58,310 bases of DNA from Candidatus Woesearchaeota archaeon (GTDB lineage: Archaea; Nanobdellota; Nanobdellia; Woesearchaeales; JAGVYU01): the NCBI GenBank assembly GCA_043810355.1, contig JBDROB010000070.1:1-58310 (forward strand). The letters run 5' to 3'. A model generated the notes under the pieces. That model saw nothing but the letters and a program-made list of their open reading frames with translations, did no database searches and had not been told where the DNA came from. Numbering within the stretch: position 1 is the stretch's first letter; each line of letters begins with the position of its first letter. Shown here piece after piece: positions 56,474 to 58,310 of this stretch. The translations under genes and the position numbers were made by a program.

Positions 56474-57868
56474 ATTAAAATTAAAAGAAACATTATTTAC
56501 CAAATTCTAATATTTATTGTCTTATTATTTTCATTGATTGCATTTACAGGATGTTCTGATCCAGAATGCAAGACTGACTCTGACTGCACAAAAAGCTGTT
56601 TTACCTCGATCTGTGTTGACAAGAAATGCCAGCATAATCCACAGACCAATTGCTGCGGAAATATGATGTGCGAATCTGGAGAAAGCAAATGCACATGTGC
56701 AGTAGATTGTGGACCATGCCCTGGAATCACATCATCATATCTAATGCCTTATTGTGATGCAGAGAATGATTGCGCTTCTGTAGCAAATCCAAGCATGATA
56801 CAGGAAAAAGGAAAAAGCATAGAATTGACTTTGTCATCTCAAAGCAAACTTGGGGTTGAGTTTAATTATGATCAACCATTTGATGTTGATGAATCATTAT
56901 TTAAAGCAATATTCCAGATGAATTCAAAGACAGATATGAACATTAATGTTAAGATATCCAGTATAGAGGTATTTGAGGTTTCACCAATGGGTGAAAGGAG
57001 CACAATAGTCAAGGCAATAGTTGATAAGAAATTATATGATATTTCAAGCGAAATCTTGGAGAAAATCCCCTTGGACATTAATTTTGACAGTGAAACAGAT
57101 AAAACAATCAGTGTAATAGTTAATTATGAAGAGACAATCAAATATGGTGCAGGAGAGCAGACATCACAACAGTCTTACACTGAAAATCTTGGGCTGATAA
57201 AATTTATCAATCCAAGCAAAAAGAAGGCTTGCCCTGCATCATGTGATGACGGAAATGAATGCACAGATGACTTGTGCGGAGCAGATACAAGCTATTACTG
57301 CAATTACAGAGTGAAGCCAGGGAAATGCTGCGGCAATTATGCATGCGAGTCAGGCGAGAATCAATGCAATTGCCAGACAGACTGCGGAACATGCAGTGAG
57401 ACCATAGGAAATTACATGGAGAAAGAATGTGTATCAAACCAATGTGTTTCATTCATCAAAAGAGATGTTGAGATAAAGCCAACCACTAAACTGCAGGAGA
57501 TCCAGGGAGTCTACAATATCCAGTCAAAACTCAGCTTTAATGAGCCTTTTGACATCGGGTCTGATCAGTTTATAATCAATTTTGAACTTGTGAGCAAGGG
57601 AAGTGAATTAGGAAACCTTGATTGCACAAAGATACAGGCAATACAGGGAAATGACCTTTTGGGAGAAAGGACCATTGATGAAAGATTGAATAATGCAGGG
57701 GATGAATTCAGGGTAATCCTAAGTCTTGATTTCACACAATTAGAAGTTGAGAAAATCATGTCACCAAATATCAAGGTGTTCTGCAATTATAATCAAGCAG
57801 ATACAAACCAGCTAATAACCTTTACCCTTAGTCCAGGAACAATGACATTTGTAAGGACAGGAAAATAA
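56474..57868 (+). CDS. Cys-rich repeat surface lipoprotein, probable ATT start
   Basis: Frame open from TGA 56459; IKIKRN + h-region + FTGC lipobox-like; two modules CCGN..CESGE..C.C..DCG.C each followed by a beta-rich domain (QPFDV / EPFDI). Confidence 0.75.
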   Translation: MKIKRNIIYQILIFIVLLFSLIAFTGCSDPECKTDSDCTKSCFTSICVDKKCQHNPQTNCCGNMMCESGESKCTCAVDCGPCPGITSSYLMPYCDAENDCASVANPSMIQEKGKSIELTLSSQSKLGVEFNYDQPFDVDESLFKAIFQMNSKTDMNINVKISSIEVFEVSPMGERSTIVKAIVDKKLYDISSEILEKIPLDINFDSETDKTISVIVNYEETIKYGAGEQTSQQSYTENLGLIKFINPSKKKACPASCDDGNECTDDLCGADTSYYCNYRVKPGKCCGNYACESGENQCNCQTDCGTCSETIGNYMEKECVSNQCVSFIKRDVEIKPTTKLQEIQGVYNIQSKLSFNEPFDIGSDQFIINFELVSKGSELGNLDCTKIQAIQGNDLLGERTIDERLNNAGDEFRVILSLDFTQLEVEKIMSPNIKVFCNYNQADTNQLITFTLSPGTMTFVRTGK

Positions 57869-57884
57869 GAACAGGAAAATAAGA

Positions 57885-58310
57885 ATGAAAAAAAAGGGAA
57901 TTGAGTTAAGCGTCAATTTTATGGTCACTCTTATCATAATAATCATAATCTTTGGCTTAAGCATTGTTATTGTCAGAAAATTCTTTCTTGAAGCCTATAG
58001 GATACAGGATGAGCTTGACAAAAAAACATTAGAGAGGATAAATACGCTGCTGAACAGGGGAGAGGTTGTTGTTGTATGGGAGAGGCAGGCAACAATACCT
58101 GTAAAAGAAAGTGAAATATTTGGAATAGGTGTCCTGAATCTTGGGAATGATGGTGAGGACATATTTCATCTTAATATAAGAGCTCAAAAAGGGTATAATG
58201 AAGATGGGAATCCAATCTGTCAGGATCCAGATTTATATGCAATGTCTTTTATCCCAAATTGCAATGACTATTTCACAATTGATTATGACAGGTCAGACTG
58301 GAGCATCGCC
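57885..58310 (+). CDS. Pilin-like protein with class III signal peptide (truncated by window end)
   Basis: Hand translation of the N-terminus MKKKG|IELSVNFMVTLIIIIIIFGLS; similar to the 55291 protein; absent from the ORF track, consistent with no stop in the window. Confidence 0.75.
   Translation, partial: MKKKGIELSVNFMVTLIIIIIIFGLSIVIVRKFFLEAYRIQDELDKKTLERINTLLNRGEVVVVWERQATIPVKESEIFGIGVLNLGNDGEDIFHLNIRAQKGYNEDGNPICQDPDLYAMSFIPNCNDYFTIDYDRSDWSIA

Noticed and set aside
57857-57884. 14-bp tandem duplication ACAGGAAAATAAGA
   Set aside because: Two copies only, spanning a stop codon; likely slippage. Same for short in-frame duplications near 3386, 6446, 38614 and 55893.

Overview
AT-rich archaeal chromosomal segment. 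Gene content and style (exosome operon, Rpo6, L10e, archaeal-type IleRS, S-layer protein, RAD55/KaiC ATPases, several class III signal-peptide proteins) point to a DPANN lineage, probably Woesearchaeota-like; this is inference, no search was run. Housekeeping blocks (psmA-SBDS-rrp4-rrp41-rrp42-rpoK, ileS, dcd, nth/ogg, icd, aconitase, NOG1, mscS, rpl10e) are interrupted by accessory regions. The most striking is a ~14 kb locus (17.2-31.3 kb) combining acyl/amine lipid chemistry (a receiver + class III aminotransferase + aldehyde dehydrogenase fusion, an N-myristoyltransferase-like enzyme, a YghO/bacterial ceramide synthase-like GNAT, a phosphatidylserine decarboxylase, a PaaK-like CoA ligase, a patatin) with a soluble V4R-like histidine kinase, a response regulator, a tandem-V4R protein and an outer-membrane-type beta-barrel. 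I propose it as a candidate 'make and sense an N-acyl-amine/lipid' system. Other bacteria-associated functions are a pilin-like gene coupled to a secreted peptidoglycan-binding lytic transglycosylase, and Lgt with lipobox proteins. Non-coding DNA holds three full copies and one partial copy of a 159-bp structured repeat, an IS200/IS605-end-like mini element, other hairpin clusters and recurring promoter-proximal motifs. There is one intact MazEF-like pair and one decayed vapBC pair. No rRNA, tRNA or CRISPR array was seen. Protein calls rest on motif recognition by eye.
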